Origin: a virus
DNA: 31,992 nt
Virus genome (UHGV): UHGV-0236108
Direction: 5' to 3' (one strand)
The position numbers and the translations under genes are program-made. The notes under the pieces are model-generated. The model saw only the letters and a list, made by a program, of their open reading frames with translations, ran no database searches and had not been told where the DNA came from. Of the stretch, positions 14,490 through 23,955 are shown piece after piece (positions within the stretch are counted from its first letter, which is position 1; every line of letters starts with the position of its first letter).

Positions 14490-16219
14490 GCCGGAAATCT
14501 TACCCCAACGTAAATGCTGCCAATCAGTATGCCCGGGATGTCGTTCGCGGAAAGATTGTGGCCTGCCAGTTTGTGATTCAGGCCTGCCAGCGCCATCTTG
14601 ATGACCTGATGGCGGAAAAAAGTAAGTCGTTTCGTTACCGCTTCGACAAGGACCTGGCTGAACGGGCCGCCAAATTTATTCAGCTGTTGCCGCACACCAA
14701 GGGTGAGTGGGCATTCAAGAGGATGCCCATCACGCTAGAGCCGTGGCAGCTCTTTGTGATCTGCTGCGCGTTTGGCTGGGTCAATAAAGGCTCCCGGCTG
14801 CGCCGCTTCCGTGAGGTGTATACCGAAATCCCCCGTAAGAACGGCAAATCGGCAATCTCTGCCGGTGTTGCCCTGTATTGTTTTGCCTGTGATAACGAGT
14901 TTGGTGCGGAAGTGTATTCCGGTGCCACGACGGAGAAACAGGCATGGGAAGTCTTTCGTCCGGCAAGACTGATGTGTAAACGCACACCCATGCTGACGGA
15001 AGCGTTCGGGATTGAGGTTAACGCCTCAAACATGAACCGTCCGGAGGATGGTGCGCGTTTTGAACCGCTGATCGGTAACCCCGGTGATGGTTCATCACCC
15101 CACTGTGCGGTGGTGGATGAATATCACGAGCACGCCACAGATGCGCTTTACACCACGATGCTTACCGGGATGGGGGCGCGACGTCAGCCACTGATGTGGG
15201 CTATCACTACCGCCGGGTACAACATTGAGGGGCCGTGCTACGACAAACGGCGGGAAGTCATCGAGATGCTCAACGGCTCGGTGCCTAACGATGAACTGTT
15301 CGGGATCATCTATACCGTTGATGAAGGTGACGACTGGACCGACCCGCAGGTGCTGGAAAAAGCCAATCCAAATATTGGCGTGTCGGTTTATCGCGAATTT
15401 TTGTTAAGTCAGCAGCAGCGTGCGAAAAATAACGCCCGTCTGGCAAACGTCTTTAAAACAAAACACCTCAATATCTGGGTGTCGGCGCGTTCGGCGTATT
15501 TCAACCTGGTGAGCTGGCAGAGCTGCGAGGATAAATCACTGACCCTTGAGCAGTTCGAGGGCCAGCCGTGCATTCTGGCCTTTGACCTGGCGCGTAAGCT
15601 GGATATGAACAGCATGGCGCGACTTTATACCCGCGAGATTGACGGTAAAACGCATTACTACAGTGTGGCCCCGCGTTTCTGGGTACCGTATGACACGGTG
15701 TACAGCGTCGAGAAAAATGAAGATCGACGGACAGCCGAACGCTTTCAGAAATGGGTGGGAATGGGCGTTCTGACCGTTACCAATGGTGCGGAGGTGGATT
15801 ATCGCTACATCCTCGAGGAGGCCAAAGCGGCGAACAAAATCAGCCCGGTCAGTGAGTCACCCATCGACCCCTTCGGGGCGACCGGGTTGTCACATGACCT
15901 TGCTGATGAAGACCTGAACCCCATCACTATCATTCAGAACTACACCAACATGTCCGACCCGATGAAAGAGCTGGAAGCGGCAATTGAATCGGGGCGCTTT
16001 CATCATGATGGCAATCCCATCATGACCTGGTGTATCGGCAACGTGGTCGGCAAAACCATTCCGGGTAACGATGATGTGGTGAAGCCCGTCAAAGAGCAGG
16101 CGGAAAACAAAATCGATGGTGCAGTTGCGCTGATTATGGCGGTTGGCAGAGCCATGCTGTACGAGAAAGAAGACACGTTGTCTGACCACATTGAGTCCTA
16201 TGGGATCCGCTCGCTTTAA
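14486..16219 (+). CDS. terminase large subunit
   Basis: 577 aa, ATGA overlap with small subunit; Walker-A-like region ([16 protein letters not shown]) and C-terminal nuclease-like region with conserved acidic residues. Confidence 0.9.
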
Positions 16220-16230
16220 CTGAGGTAATT

Positions 16231-16413
16231 ATGATCATGCTGATTCTCGCGCCTCTGGTGGGCGTGCTGGGGGCGCTTTTGCTGGCGTATGGTGCCTGGC
16301 TGATTTATCCCCCGGCGGGGTTTGTTGTTGCCGGGGCGTTGTGCCTGTTCTGGTCGTGGCTGGTGGCGCGATATCTTGACCGTACACAGTCGTCTGTCGG
16401 CGGAGGTAAATAG
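16231..16413 (+). CDS. small two-helix membrane protein between terminase and portal (60 aa)
   Basis: GAGGT Shine-Dalgarno; two hydrophobic helices ([38 protein letters not shown]); stop overlaps portal start. Confidence 0.5.
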
Positions 16414-17654
16414 TGTTCTTTTCGGGATTATTTCAACGAAAAAGTGACGCACCGATGACCACGCCAGCAGAGCTGGCGGAGGCTATCGGGTTGTCCTACG
16501 ACACCTATACCGGAAAGCAGATCAGCAGCCAGCGGGCCATGCGACTGACGGCGGTTTTTTCCTGCGTCAGGGTGCTGGCAGAGTCGGTCGGGATGTTGCC
16601 CTGCAATCTGTATCACCTGAACGGCAACCTGAAACAGAGAGCCACCGGCGAACGTCTGCATAAGCTGATCTCCACGCATCCCAATGGCTATATGACGCCG
16701 CAGGAGTTCTGGGAGCTGGTGGTCACCTGTCTGTGCCTGCGGGGCAACTTTTACGCCTACAAAGTGAAAGCATTTGGCGAAGTGGCTGAACTGCTGCCCG
16801 TCGATCCCGGTTGTGTGGTACCGAAGCTTAACAGTAGCTGGGAGCCGGTCTATCAGGTCACATTCCCGGACGGCTCCACGGATGTACTGAGCCAGGAAGA
16901 TATCTGGCATGTGCGCACGCTGACGCTGGACGGTCTGGTGGGACTGAATCCCATCGCCTATGCCCGCGAGGCAATATCGCTGGCAGCTGCGACCGAAGAG
17001 CACGGGGCCAGACTGTTCAGCAATGGTGCGGTGACGTCCGGTGTGTTGCGTACAGAGCAGACGCTGTCGGATCAGGCTTATGAGCGCCTGAAGAAAGATT
17101 TTGAGGAGCGTCACACCGGGCTTGGCAATGCTCACCGCCCGATGATCCTTGAGATGGGGCTGGACTGGAAGTCGATGGCGCTGAACGCCGAGGACAGCCA
17201 GTTCCTGGAAACCCGCAAGTTTCAGCTTGAAGAAATCTGTCGTCTGTTCCGGGTGCCATTGCACATGGTGCAGAACACCGATCGCGCCACCTTCAACAAT
17301 ATCGAAGAGCTGGGGCTGGGATTTATCAACTATTCACTGGTGCCGTATCTGACCCGCATTGAGCAGCGGATCAACACCGGACTGGTACGAAAAAGTAAGC
17401 AGGGCGTTTATTACGCCAAATTTAACGCCGGGGCGTTACTGCGCGGGGATATGAAGTCCCGTTTTGAAGCCTACGCCACCGGGATCAACTGGGGAATTTA
17501 CTCTCCTAATGACTGCCGCGACCTGGAAGATATGAATCCGCGTCCCGGTGGTGATGTCTATCTCACCCCGATGAACATGACCACGAAACCCTCCGATGGC
17601 AGTAAAGCCGGTAAGCAGAAGGATAACGCCAATGCAGACGAAACAACGTCTTGA
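16413..17654 (+). CDS. portal protein (HK97-family type)
   Basis: 413 aa, position after large terminase; GGAGGT Shine-Dalgarno before GTG 16413. Confidence 0.85.
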   Translation: MFFSGLFQRKSDAPMTTPAELAEAIGLSYDTYTGKQISSQRAMRLTAVFSCVRVLAESVGMLPCNLYHLNGNLKQRATGERLHKLISTHPNGYMTPQEFWELVVTCLCLRGNFYAYKVKAFGEVAELLPVDPGCVVPKLNSSWEPVYQVTFPDGSTDVLSQEDIWHVRTLTLDGLVGLNPIAYAREAISLAAATEEHGARLFSNGAVTSGVLRTEQTLSDQAYERLKKDFEERHTGLGNAHRPMILEMGLDWKSMALNAEDSQFLETRKFQLEEICRLFRVPLHMVQNTDRATFNNIEELGLGFINYSLVPYLTRIEQRINTGLVRKSKQGVYYAKFNAGALLRGDMKSRFEAYATGINWGIYSPNDCRDLEDMNPRPGGDVYLTPMNMTTKPSDGSKAGKQKDNANADETTS

Positions 17655-18282
17655 TGTACCGCTGAGTCTGAAATCTGTCAGTGACTCCGGTGAGTTTGAA
17701 GGGTATGGCTCCGTCTTTGGTGTAAAGGACAGCCACGATGATGTGGTGATGTCCGGGGCATTTGCTGCTTCCCTGCGGGCGTGGAGTGACAGAAAAGCGT
17801 TACCTGCGCTGCTCTGGCAGCACCGCATGGATGAGCCCATCGGTGTTTACACCGAAATGAAGGAAGACGATGTCGGGCTTTACGTCAGGGGTCGGTTGCT
17901 TATTGATGATGATCCCCTGGCAAAACGCGCACATGCACATATGAAGGCCGGTTCGTTAACCGGCCTTTCTATTGGGTACGTCCTGAAAGACTGGGAATAC
18001 GACCGGAGCAAAGAAGCCTTTCTGCTGAAAGAAATCGACCTCTGGGAAGTCAGTCTGGTGACGTTTCCGTCTAACGACGAGGCGCGGATCAGCGACGTCA
18101 AGAACGCGCTGGCCCGCGGGGAAATCCCCGAACAGAAAAAAATCGAAAGAGTCCTGCGTGATGTCGGACTCTCCCGTACCCAGGCCAAAGCATTCATGGC
18201 CGGGGGCTATGGCGCACTGTCCCTGCGCGACGCTGAGGATGTGGGCTCTGCACTGAATGCACTGAAAAATCTGAACTTCTAA
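17632..18282 (+). CDS. prohead maturation protease (HK97-family type)
   Basis: GEFEGYGSVFGVKDSHDDVV N-terminal catalytic region typical of HK97-type prohead proteases; start taken at ATG 17632 (MQTKQRL...). Confidence 0.8.
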   Translation: MQTKQRLDVPLSLKSVSDSGEFEGYGSVFGVKDSHDDVVMSGAFAASLRAWSDRKALPALLWQHRMDEPIGVYTEMKEDDVGLYVRGRLLIDDDPLAKRAHAHMKAGSLTGLSIGYVLKDWEYDRSKEAFLLKEIDLWEVSLVTFPSNDEARISDVKNALARGEIPEQKKIERVLRDVGLSRTQAKAFMAGGYGALSLRDAEDVGSALNALKNLNF

Positions 18283-18296
18283 TCAGGAGAAATACG

Positions 18297-19502
18297 ATGG
18301 CGGTTGATATTAAAGATGTCGAACAGGTCGCGCAGGAGCTGCAGCAGAAGTTTGACGACTTCAAAGCAAAGAACGACAAGCGCGTGGATGCGATTGAGCA
18401 GGAAAAAGGCAAGCTTGCCGGGCAGGTGGAAACCCTGAACGGAAAACTCAGCGAGCTGGAAAACCTCAAAAGCGATCTTGAAAAAGAGCTGCTTGAGCTG
18501 AAACGTCCGGCAGGTGGTGCGCAAAATAAACTGACCACCGAGCATAAAGAAGCGTTTGTGGGCTTCCTGCGTAAAGGCCGTGAAGATGGTCTGCGCGATC
18601 TGGAGCGTAAGGCATTGCAGGTGGGCACCGATGAAGACGGCGGCTATGCCGTGCCGGAAGCACTGGATCGCAACATTCTCACCCTGCTGAAAGATGAAGT
18701 GGTGATGCGCCAGGAAGCCACGGTGATCACCGTTGGTGGTTCCGACTACAAAAAACTGGTGAATCTGGGCGGCACGGCTTCCGGATGGGTTGGCGAGACT
18801 GACGCGCGCTCCCAGACTGCCACCTCAAAACTGGGCCTGATTGAACCTTTCATGGGGGAAATCTACGGCAACCCGCAGGCTACCCAGAAAATGCTGGATG
18901 ATGCCTTTTTCAACGTGGAAGCATGGATCAACAGCGAGCTGGCAACCGAATTTGCCGAACAGGAAGAAATTGCCTTTACCACCGGCGATGGCACCAAGAA
19001 GCCGAAAGGGTTCCTGGCGTATGAATCCACTGATGAAACCGACAAGGTCCGGGCGTTCGGCAAACTTCAGCATATTGTATCCGGCGAAGCGACCGCGGTG
19101 ACCGCAGACGCCATTATCAAACTGATTTACACGCTGCGAAAGGCACACCGCACCGGCGCGAAGTTCATGATGAACAACAACAGCCTGTTTGCCATCCGTT
19201 TGCTGAAAGACACCGAGGGTAACTATCTGTGGCGTCCGGGGCTGGAACTGGGGCAGCCGTCCTCTCTGGCGGGTTACGGTATCGCTGAAAACGAACAGAT
19301 GCCGGATATCGCCGCTGATGCGAAAGCCATTGCATTTGGTAACTTCAAACGGGGTTACACCATCGTTGACCGTATCGGCACCCGCATTCTGCGCGACCCG
19401 TACACCAATAAACCGTTTGTCGGTTTTTATACCACCAAGCGCACCGGCGGGATGCTGGTCGATTCGCAGGCCATCAAACTGCTGAAGATTGCAGCGGCGT
19501 AA
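18297..19502 (+). CDS. major capsid protein (HK97 fold, with N-terminal coiled-coil delta domain)
   Basis: 401 aa; N-terminal ~100 residues coiled-coil-like (scaffolding delta domain); position after protease. Confidence 0.9.
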   Translation: MAVDIKDVEQVAQELQQKFDDFKAKNDKRVDAIEQEKGKLAGQVETLNGKLSELENLKSDLEKELLELKRPAGGAQNKLTTEHKEAFVGFLRKGREDGLRDLERKALQVGTDEDGGYAVPEALDRNILTLLKDEVVMRQEATVITVGGSDYKKLVNLGGTASGWVGETDARSQTATSKLGLIEPFMGEIYGNPQATQKMLDDAFFNVEAWINSELATEFAEQEEIAFTTGDGTKKPKGFLAYESTDETDKVRAFGKLQHIVSGEATAVTADAIIKLIYTLRKAHRTGAKFMMNNNSLFAIRLLKDTEGNYLWRPGLELGQPSSLAGYGIAENEQMPDIAADAKAIAFGNFKRGYTIVDRIGTRILRDPYTNKPFVGFYTTKRTGGMLVDSQAIKLLKIAAA

Positions 19503-19507
19503 TCACT

Positions 19508-19535
19508 CAGGGGCGCTGAACCGCGCCCCTGTTCT
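19508..19535 (+). terminator. hairpin after the capsid gene (partial terminator/attenuator)
   Basis: CAGGGGCGC-TGAACC-GCGCCCCTG GC-rich stem-loop, weak T-tract. Confidence 0.35.
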
Positions 19536-19550
19536 GAAGGGTGAAGAATC

Positions 19551-19751
19551 ATGATCCTGAAACAAGATCTGAAATGGTCACCGGACGGTATGCGTGTTGA
19601 GGTCATTCGGGCCGGTGAGTATGACGACGGGGCGCTTCCTGCCCGGGTGCAGGAGATTGCACTTCAGGCCGGGTTAGCAGAGCGCGGAACCAGTGCAAAA
19701 AGCAGTAAAGCGACAAAAGAGAAAAAAGCCACGACCAGTAAAGAGGGCTGA
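19551..19751 (+). CDS. small Lys-rich head-associated protein (66 aa)
   Basis: RBS-preceded ATG 19551; basic C-terminus SAKSSKATKEKKATTSKEG. Confidence 0.45.
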   Translation: MILKQDLKWSPDGMRVEVIRAGEYDDGALPARVQEIALQAGLAERGTSAKSSKATKEKKATTSKEG

Positions 19752-19753
19752 GT

Positions 19754-20077
19754 ATGCTTCTGACAATGGAAGAGATTAAAGCCCAACTCCGGCTGGATGA
19801 GGATTTCGATGCTGATGACCGCCATCTGCAACTGCTGGCCTGTGCGGCGCAAAAGCGGACGGAAACGTATCTGAACCGGAAGCTCTATGCACCGGATGAA
19901 ACCATTCCGGACAGCGATCCGGACGGACTACACCTGCCGGATGATATTCGTCTGGGGATGCTGATGCTTATCAGCCATTTTTACGAAAACCGCTCGTCGG
20001 TTACGGAAGTGGAGAAACTCGACATGCCGCAGAGTTTTGGCTGGCTTGTCAGCCCGTACAGGTACTTTCCGCAATGA
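19754..20077 (+). CDS. head-tail connector protein (gp6-like)
   Basis: Size (107 aa), position after capsid; acidic protein of the expected size class. Confidence 0.6.
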   Translation: MLLTMEEIKAQLRLDEDFDADDRHLQLLACAAQKRTETYLNRKLYAPDETIPDSDPDGLHLPDDIRLGMLMLISHFYENRSSVTEVEKLDMPQSFGWLVSPYRYFPQ

Positions 20078-20484
20078 AAATTCGTCAGGCGCAGACCAGC
20101 GCAACCTACATCCTGCCGGACCCCGGCGAACTGAATAAACGCGTCCTGATCCGCCAGCGGGTGGATATGCCCGCGGATAACTTTGGCGTGGAGCCTCAAT
20201 ACCCGGTTACGTTCCGGACATGGGCGAAGGTTATCCAGACCAGTGCCACCACCTGGCAGGAAACCGCGCAGACCGGGGACGCCATCACCCATTACATCAC
20301 CATTCGTTACCGCCGGGGGATCACCGCTGATTATGAGGTGTTCTGCGGTGACAGTGTGTACCGGGTGAAACGTCAGCGCGATCTGAACGGGGTGCGGCGC
20401 TTTCTGCTGCTGGAGTGTACGGAGCTGGGCGAATGTAGGCAGAGTCACGGAGGCAACAATGACGACTTCCTTTTTGCACGTTGA
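20074..20484 (+). CDS. head closure / head-tail adaptor protein
   Basis: ATGA-coupled to upstream gene; size and position typical. Confidence 0.6.
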   Translation: MKIRQAQTSATYILPDPGELNKRVLIRQRVDMPADNFGVEPQYPVTFRTWAKVIQTSATTWQETAQTGDAITHYITIRYRRGITADYEVFCGDSVYRVKRQRDLNGVRRFLLLECTELGECRQSHGGNNDDFLFAR

Positions 20485-20965
20485 TGTTCAGCAGCCCGCG
20501 GAGATGCGCTTTAACCGCGCCCGTGTCAGGCGGGCGTTTGTCACGATTGGTCAGCGTCATATGCGTGATGCCCGTCGGCTGGTGATGCGCCGTGCACGGT
20601 CGGCACCGGGTGAAAACCCCGGTTATCAGACCGGACGCCTGGCTCGTTCGATTGGTTACATGGTACCCAGAGCCAGTAAACATCGCCCTGGTTTTATGGC
20701 ACGTATAGCCCCTAACCAGCGTAATGGAGAGGGAAACCGCCGTATCACCGGTGATTTTTATCCGGCTTTTTTGTTCTATGGCGTGAGGCGAGGGGCAAAG
20801 CGTCGTCGCAGCCATCATCGTGGTGCATCCGGTGGCAGCGGCTGGCGACTGGCTCCACGTAATAACTTTATGGTGGAAACGCTTGAAAAGAACCGCAGCT
20901 GGACACGCTATTTTCTGGCGCGGGAATTGCGTAAATCACTGAAGCCGGAGCGACGACACAGATGA
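20459..20965 (+). CDS. HK97 gp10-like tail-component protein
   Basis: GGAGG Shine-Dalgarno before ATG 20459; basic protein in the expected position. Confidence 0.6.
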   Translation: MTTSFLHVDVQQPAEMRFNRARVRRAFVTIGQRHMRDARRLVMRRARSAPGENPGYQTGRLARSIGYMVPRASKHRPGFMARIAPNQRNGEGNRRITGDFYPAFLFYGVRRGAKRRRSHHRGASGGSGWRLAPRNNFMVETLEKNRSWTRYFLARELRKSLKPERRHR

Positions 20966-21522
20966 AACTGACGCCTGTTATTGCTGCGCTGCGTGCCCGC
21001 TGCCCGTATTTTGAAAACCGGGTGGCAGGCGCGGCACAGTTCAAAAATCTGCCGGAGGTCGGAAAGCTGAGACTCCCGGCGGCGTATGTGGTACCGGGTG
21101 ATGACTCTCCGGGAGAAAACAAAAGCCAGACCGACTACTGGCAGGAGCTGAAAGAGGGCTTCTCCGTGGTTGTCATACTGAGTAACGGGCGTGATGAGCG
21201 CGGTCAGTTTGCCTCGTATGATGTGGTGGACGATGTCCGGCAGATGCTCTTTAAGGCTCTGCTGGGCTGGAACCCGGAAGCGTGCGGTAACCCGATTACC
21301 TATGACGGCGGCACGCTGCTGGATCTGAATCGTCATGAGCTGATTTATCAGTTCGATTTTTCGGTCATCAGCGAGCTGACTGAAGACGATACCCGCCAGC
21401 AGGATGATCTGAACAGTCTGGATGAACTGCAAACGCTGGCGATTGATGTTGATTATCTCGAGCCCGGTAACGGGCCTGACGGCGATATCGAACATCACAC
21501 CGAAATAACCCTTCCTTCCTGA
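20962..21522 (+). CDS. tail completion/terminator protein
   Basis: ATGA-coupled; precedes tail sheath gene. Confidence 0.55.
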   Translation: MKLTPVIAALRARCPYFENRVAGAAQFKNLPEVGKLRLPAAYVVPGDDSPGENKSQTDYWQELKEGFSVVVILSNGRDERGQFASYDVVDDVRQMLFKALLGWNPEACGNPITYDGGTLLDLNRHELIYQFDFSVISELTEDDTRQQDDLNSLDELQTLAIDVDYLEPGNGPDGDIEHHTEITLPS

Positions 21523-21530
21523 GGATCCTC

Positions 21531-21701
21531 ATGTTTGTCAAACCTGTTAAAGGGCGGTCAGTTCCTGATCCTGCCCGCGGCGACCTTTTGCCCGCCGAAG
21601 GGCGAAATGTTGACGAGAACAACTACTGGCTGCGCCGTGAAGCAGCGGGTGATATCCGGCGCGTGAATAAAAAGGTGAATACCGATGACGATAAGCTTTA
21701 A
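21531..21701 (+). CDS. small protein upstream of sheath (56 aa, not in ORF track)
   Basis: GAGGA 6 nt before ATG 21531; MFVKPVKGRSVPDPARGDLLPAEGRNVDENNYWLRREAAGDIRRVNKKVNTDDDKL; overlaps sheath start. Confidence 0.4.
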   Translation: MFVKPVKGRSVPDPARGDLLPAEGRNVDENNYWLRREAAGDIRRVNKKVNTDDDKL

Positions 21702-23181
21702 CACCATTCCGTCGAATACGCTGGTTCCGTTGTTTTATGCGGAAATGGATAACCAGGCGGCGAATACTGCACAGGACAGCGGAGCATCGCTGCTGATTGG
21801 TCATGCCAATAACGGTGCAGAGATTGTTGCCAACAGTCTGGTACTGATGCCGTCGGCAGACTATGCACGCCAGATTTGTGGTGCGGGAAGTCAGCTGGCG
21901 CGTATGGTTGAGGCTTATCGCCAGACCGACCCGTTTGGTGAGCTGTATGTGATTGCCGTTCCTGAATCCACGGGCGCGGCGGCAACGGTTACGCTGACGG
22001 TGACCGGGGCGGCAACCGAAACCGGCACGGTGAATGTGTATGTGGGACGTACCCGCGTGCAGGCACCGGTGAATAACGGCGATAACGTCACGATGATTGC
22101 CAGCAGTATCCAGGATGCCATCAATGCCGTTCCGGCCCTGCCGTTTACGGCTTCATCTTCGGCAGGCGTGGTCACACTGACCGCGCGTCATAAGGGGCTT
22201 TGCGGGAATGAAATTCCTGTCAGCCTCAATTACTACGGCTTTGGTGGGGGCGAAGTGCTGCCAGCGGGCGTACAGATTGCCGTGGCGACGGGGACCGCCG
22301 GAACGGGTGCTCCGGTTCTCACCGGCGCGGTGGCTGCAATGGCGGATGAGCCGTTTGATTATATCGGCCTGCCGTTCAACGACACGGCCTCCGTTAACAC
22401 GTTGGTGACCGAGATGAACGATACCAGCGGTCGCTGGAGCTATGCGCGTCAGCTGTATGGTCATGTGTATACGGCAAAGATCGGCACTCTGTCAGAACTG
22501 GTGACCGCAGGTGACCAGTTTAACCAGCAGCACATTACCCTGGCGGGGTACGAAAAAGAGACCCAGACGCCTGCCGACGAACTGGCGGCAAGCCGTACCG
22601 CCCGCGCAGCGGTGTTTATTCGCAACGATCCGGCACGTCCCACGCAGACCGGTGAGCTGGTGGGTATGCTGCCTGCGCCGAAGGGGAAACGGTTCACGAT
22701 GACCGAACAACAGACCCTGCTGTCTCATGGCGTGGCAACGGCGTATGTCGAAAGCGGGGTGCTGCGCATTCAGCGTGATGTCACCACGTACAGGAAAAAC
22801 GCTTACGGGGTTGCGGATAACAGCTACCTCGACAGCGAGACGCTGCATACCAGTGCGTATGTACTGCGCAAACTGAAATCCGTCATTACCAGTAAGTACG
22901 GGCGTCACAAGCTTGCCAGCGACGGTACCCGCTTTGGTCCCGGTCAGGCGATTGTCACCCCGGCGGTGATCAAAGGGGAACTGCTGGCAACCTACCGTCA
23001 GCTTGAGCGTGCGGGGATCGTGGAAAACTACGAACTGTTTAAGCAGTACCTGGTTGTGGAGCGTGATGCCAGCGATCCGAACCGCCTGAACACGCTGTTC
23101 CCGCCTGACTATGTTAACCAGTTGCGTGTCTTTGCCGTGGTTAACCAGTTCCGTCTTCAGTATTCAGAGGAGTCTGCATAA
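21685..23181 (+). CDS. contractile tail sheath protein (Mu L / SfV-type)
   Basis: 498 aa, followed directly by tube, chaperone pair and tape measure: the standard myovirus order. Confidence 0.85.
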   Translation: MTISFNTIPSNTLVPLFYAEMDNQAANTAQDSGASLLIGHANNGAEIVANSLVLMPSADYARQICGAGSQLARMVEAYRQTDPFGELYVIAVPESTGAAATVTLTVTGAATETGTVNVYVGRTRVQAPVNNGDNVTMIASSIQDAINAVPALPFTASSSAGVVTLTARHKGLCGNEIPVSLNYYGFGGGEVLPAGVQIAVATGTAGTGAPVLTGAVAAMADEPFDYIGLPFNDTASVNTLVTEMNDTSGRWSYARQLYGHVYTAKIGTLSELVTAGDQFNQQHITLAGYEKETQTPADELAASRTARAAVFIRNDPARPTQTGELVGMLPAPKGKRFTMTEQQTLLSHGVATAYVESGVLRIQRDVTTYRKNAYGVADNSYLDSETLHTSAYVLRKLKSVITSKYGRHKLASDGTRFGPGQAIVTPAVIKGELLATYRQLERAGIVENYELFKQYLVVERDASDPNRLNTLFPPDYVNQLRVFAVVNQFRLQYSEESA

Positions 23182-23537
23182 TGGCCCGTATCGGGGGAAC
23201 CTGTTATTTCAAAATTGACGGTCAGCAGCTATCGCTGACCGGCGGCATTGAGGTGCCCATGAACAGGACGGTCAATGATGACATCATCGGCCTGGACGGT
23301 TCAGTGGACCGCAAGGAAACTCACCGTGCGCCTTATGTTAAAGGGACCTTCAAGGTGCCGAAGAATTTTCCGGTGAGTAAAATCACCTCGTCTGATGAGA
23401 TGACCATCACTGCCGAGCTGGCGAACGGTCAGGTCTATGTATTGTCGTCCGCCTGGCTGCACGGAGAAGCGAACCATAATGCCGAAGAAGGCACGGTTGA
23501 TCTTGAGTTCCACGGTGAAGAAGGGGATTACCAGTAA
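23181..23537 (+). CDS. tail tube protein
   Basis: 118 aa immediately after sheath. Confidence 0.8.
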   Translation: MARIGGTCYFKIDGQQLSLTGGIEVPMNRTVNDDIIGLDGSVDRKETHRAPYVKGTFKVPKNFPVSKITSSDEMTITAELANGQVYVLSSAWLHGEANHNAEEGTVDLEFHGEEGDYQ

Positions 23538-23806
23538 TGAAAGAGCTTGAGTTAAAGAAACCGATTATCGCTCATGGTGAGACACTCTCCGTACTGGAGT
23601 TTGATGAGCCCACCGGGAAGGATGTCCGCGAGCTGGGGTATCCCTACCAGATGAATCAGGATGAGTCCGTCAGACTTCTGGCGCATGTGGTGTCGAAATA
23701 CATTGTGCGGCTGGCGAAAGTGCCGCAAAGCTCTGTCGACCAGATGTCTCCGGCAGACCTGAATGCAGCGGCGTGGCTTGTGGCTGGTTTTTTCCTCCAG
23801 GCCTGA
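23537..23806 (+). CDS. tail assembly chaperone (G-like)
   Basis: 89 aa, upstream of tape measure, with a slippery heptamer near its 3' end. Confidence 0.7.
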   Translation: MKELELKKPIIAHGETLSVLEFDEPTGKDVRELGYPYQMNQDESVRLLAHVVSKYIVRLAKVPQSSVDQMSPADLNAAAWLVAGFFLQA

Positions 23807-23955
23807 CGGCTGAATACCTCACTGATCGCTTCTTTGACTGCGCCAGCTACTGGCGCATTAATCCCTTCGAATTGCTGAATATGCCGATCAGTGAAATTCC
23901 CTTGCTGGTCAGTCAGGCAAACAGGATAGAGCAGGAGAAACGCACACATGGCTGA
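23773..23955 (+). CDS. tail assembly chaperone -1 frameshift extension (GT-like fusion product with 23537..23806)
   Basis: ORF in -1 frame overlapping the chaperone 3' end; slippery T TTT TTC at 23788-23794 in the zero frame. Confidence 0.55.
   Translation: MACGWFFPPGLTAEYLTDRFFDCASYWRINPFELLNMPISEIPLLVSQANRIEQEKRTHG

Noticed and set aside
13833-18628. Long antisense ORFs opposite terminase, portal, protease and capsid (e.g. 13833..14423, 14255..14695, 16428..17264, 17436..17840, 18194..18628, all minus strand)
   Set aside because: They lie entirely within well-supported structural genes on the other strand and have biased Arg/Ser/Pro composition typical of GC-rich antisense frames.
20321-22908. 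Minus-strand ORFs 20321..20818, 20908..21498, 22153..22464, 22492..22908 in the tail module
   Set aside because: Antisense to conserved tail genes (gp10-like, completion protein, sheath), with no start signals.
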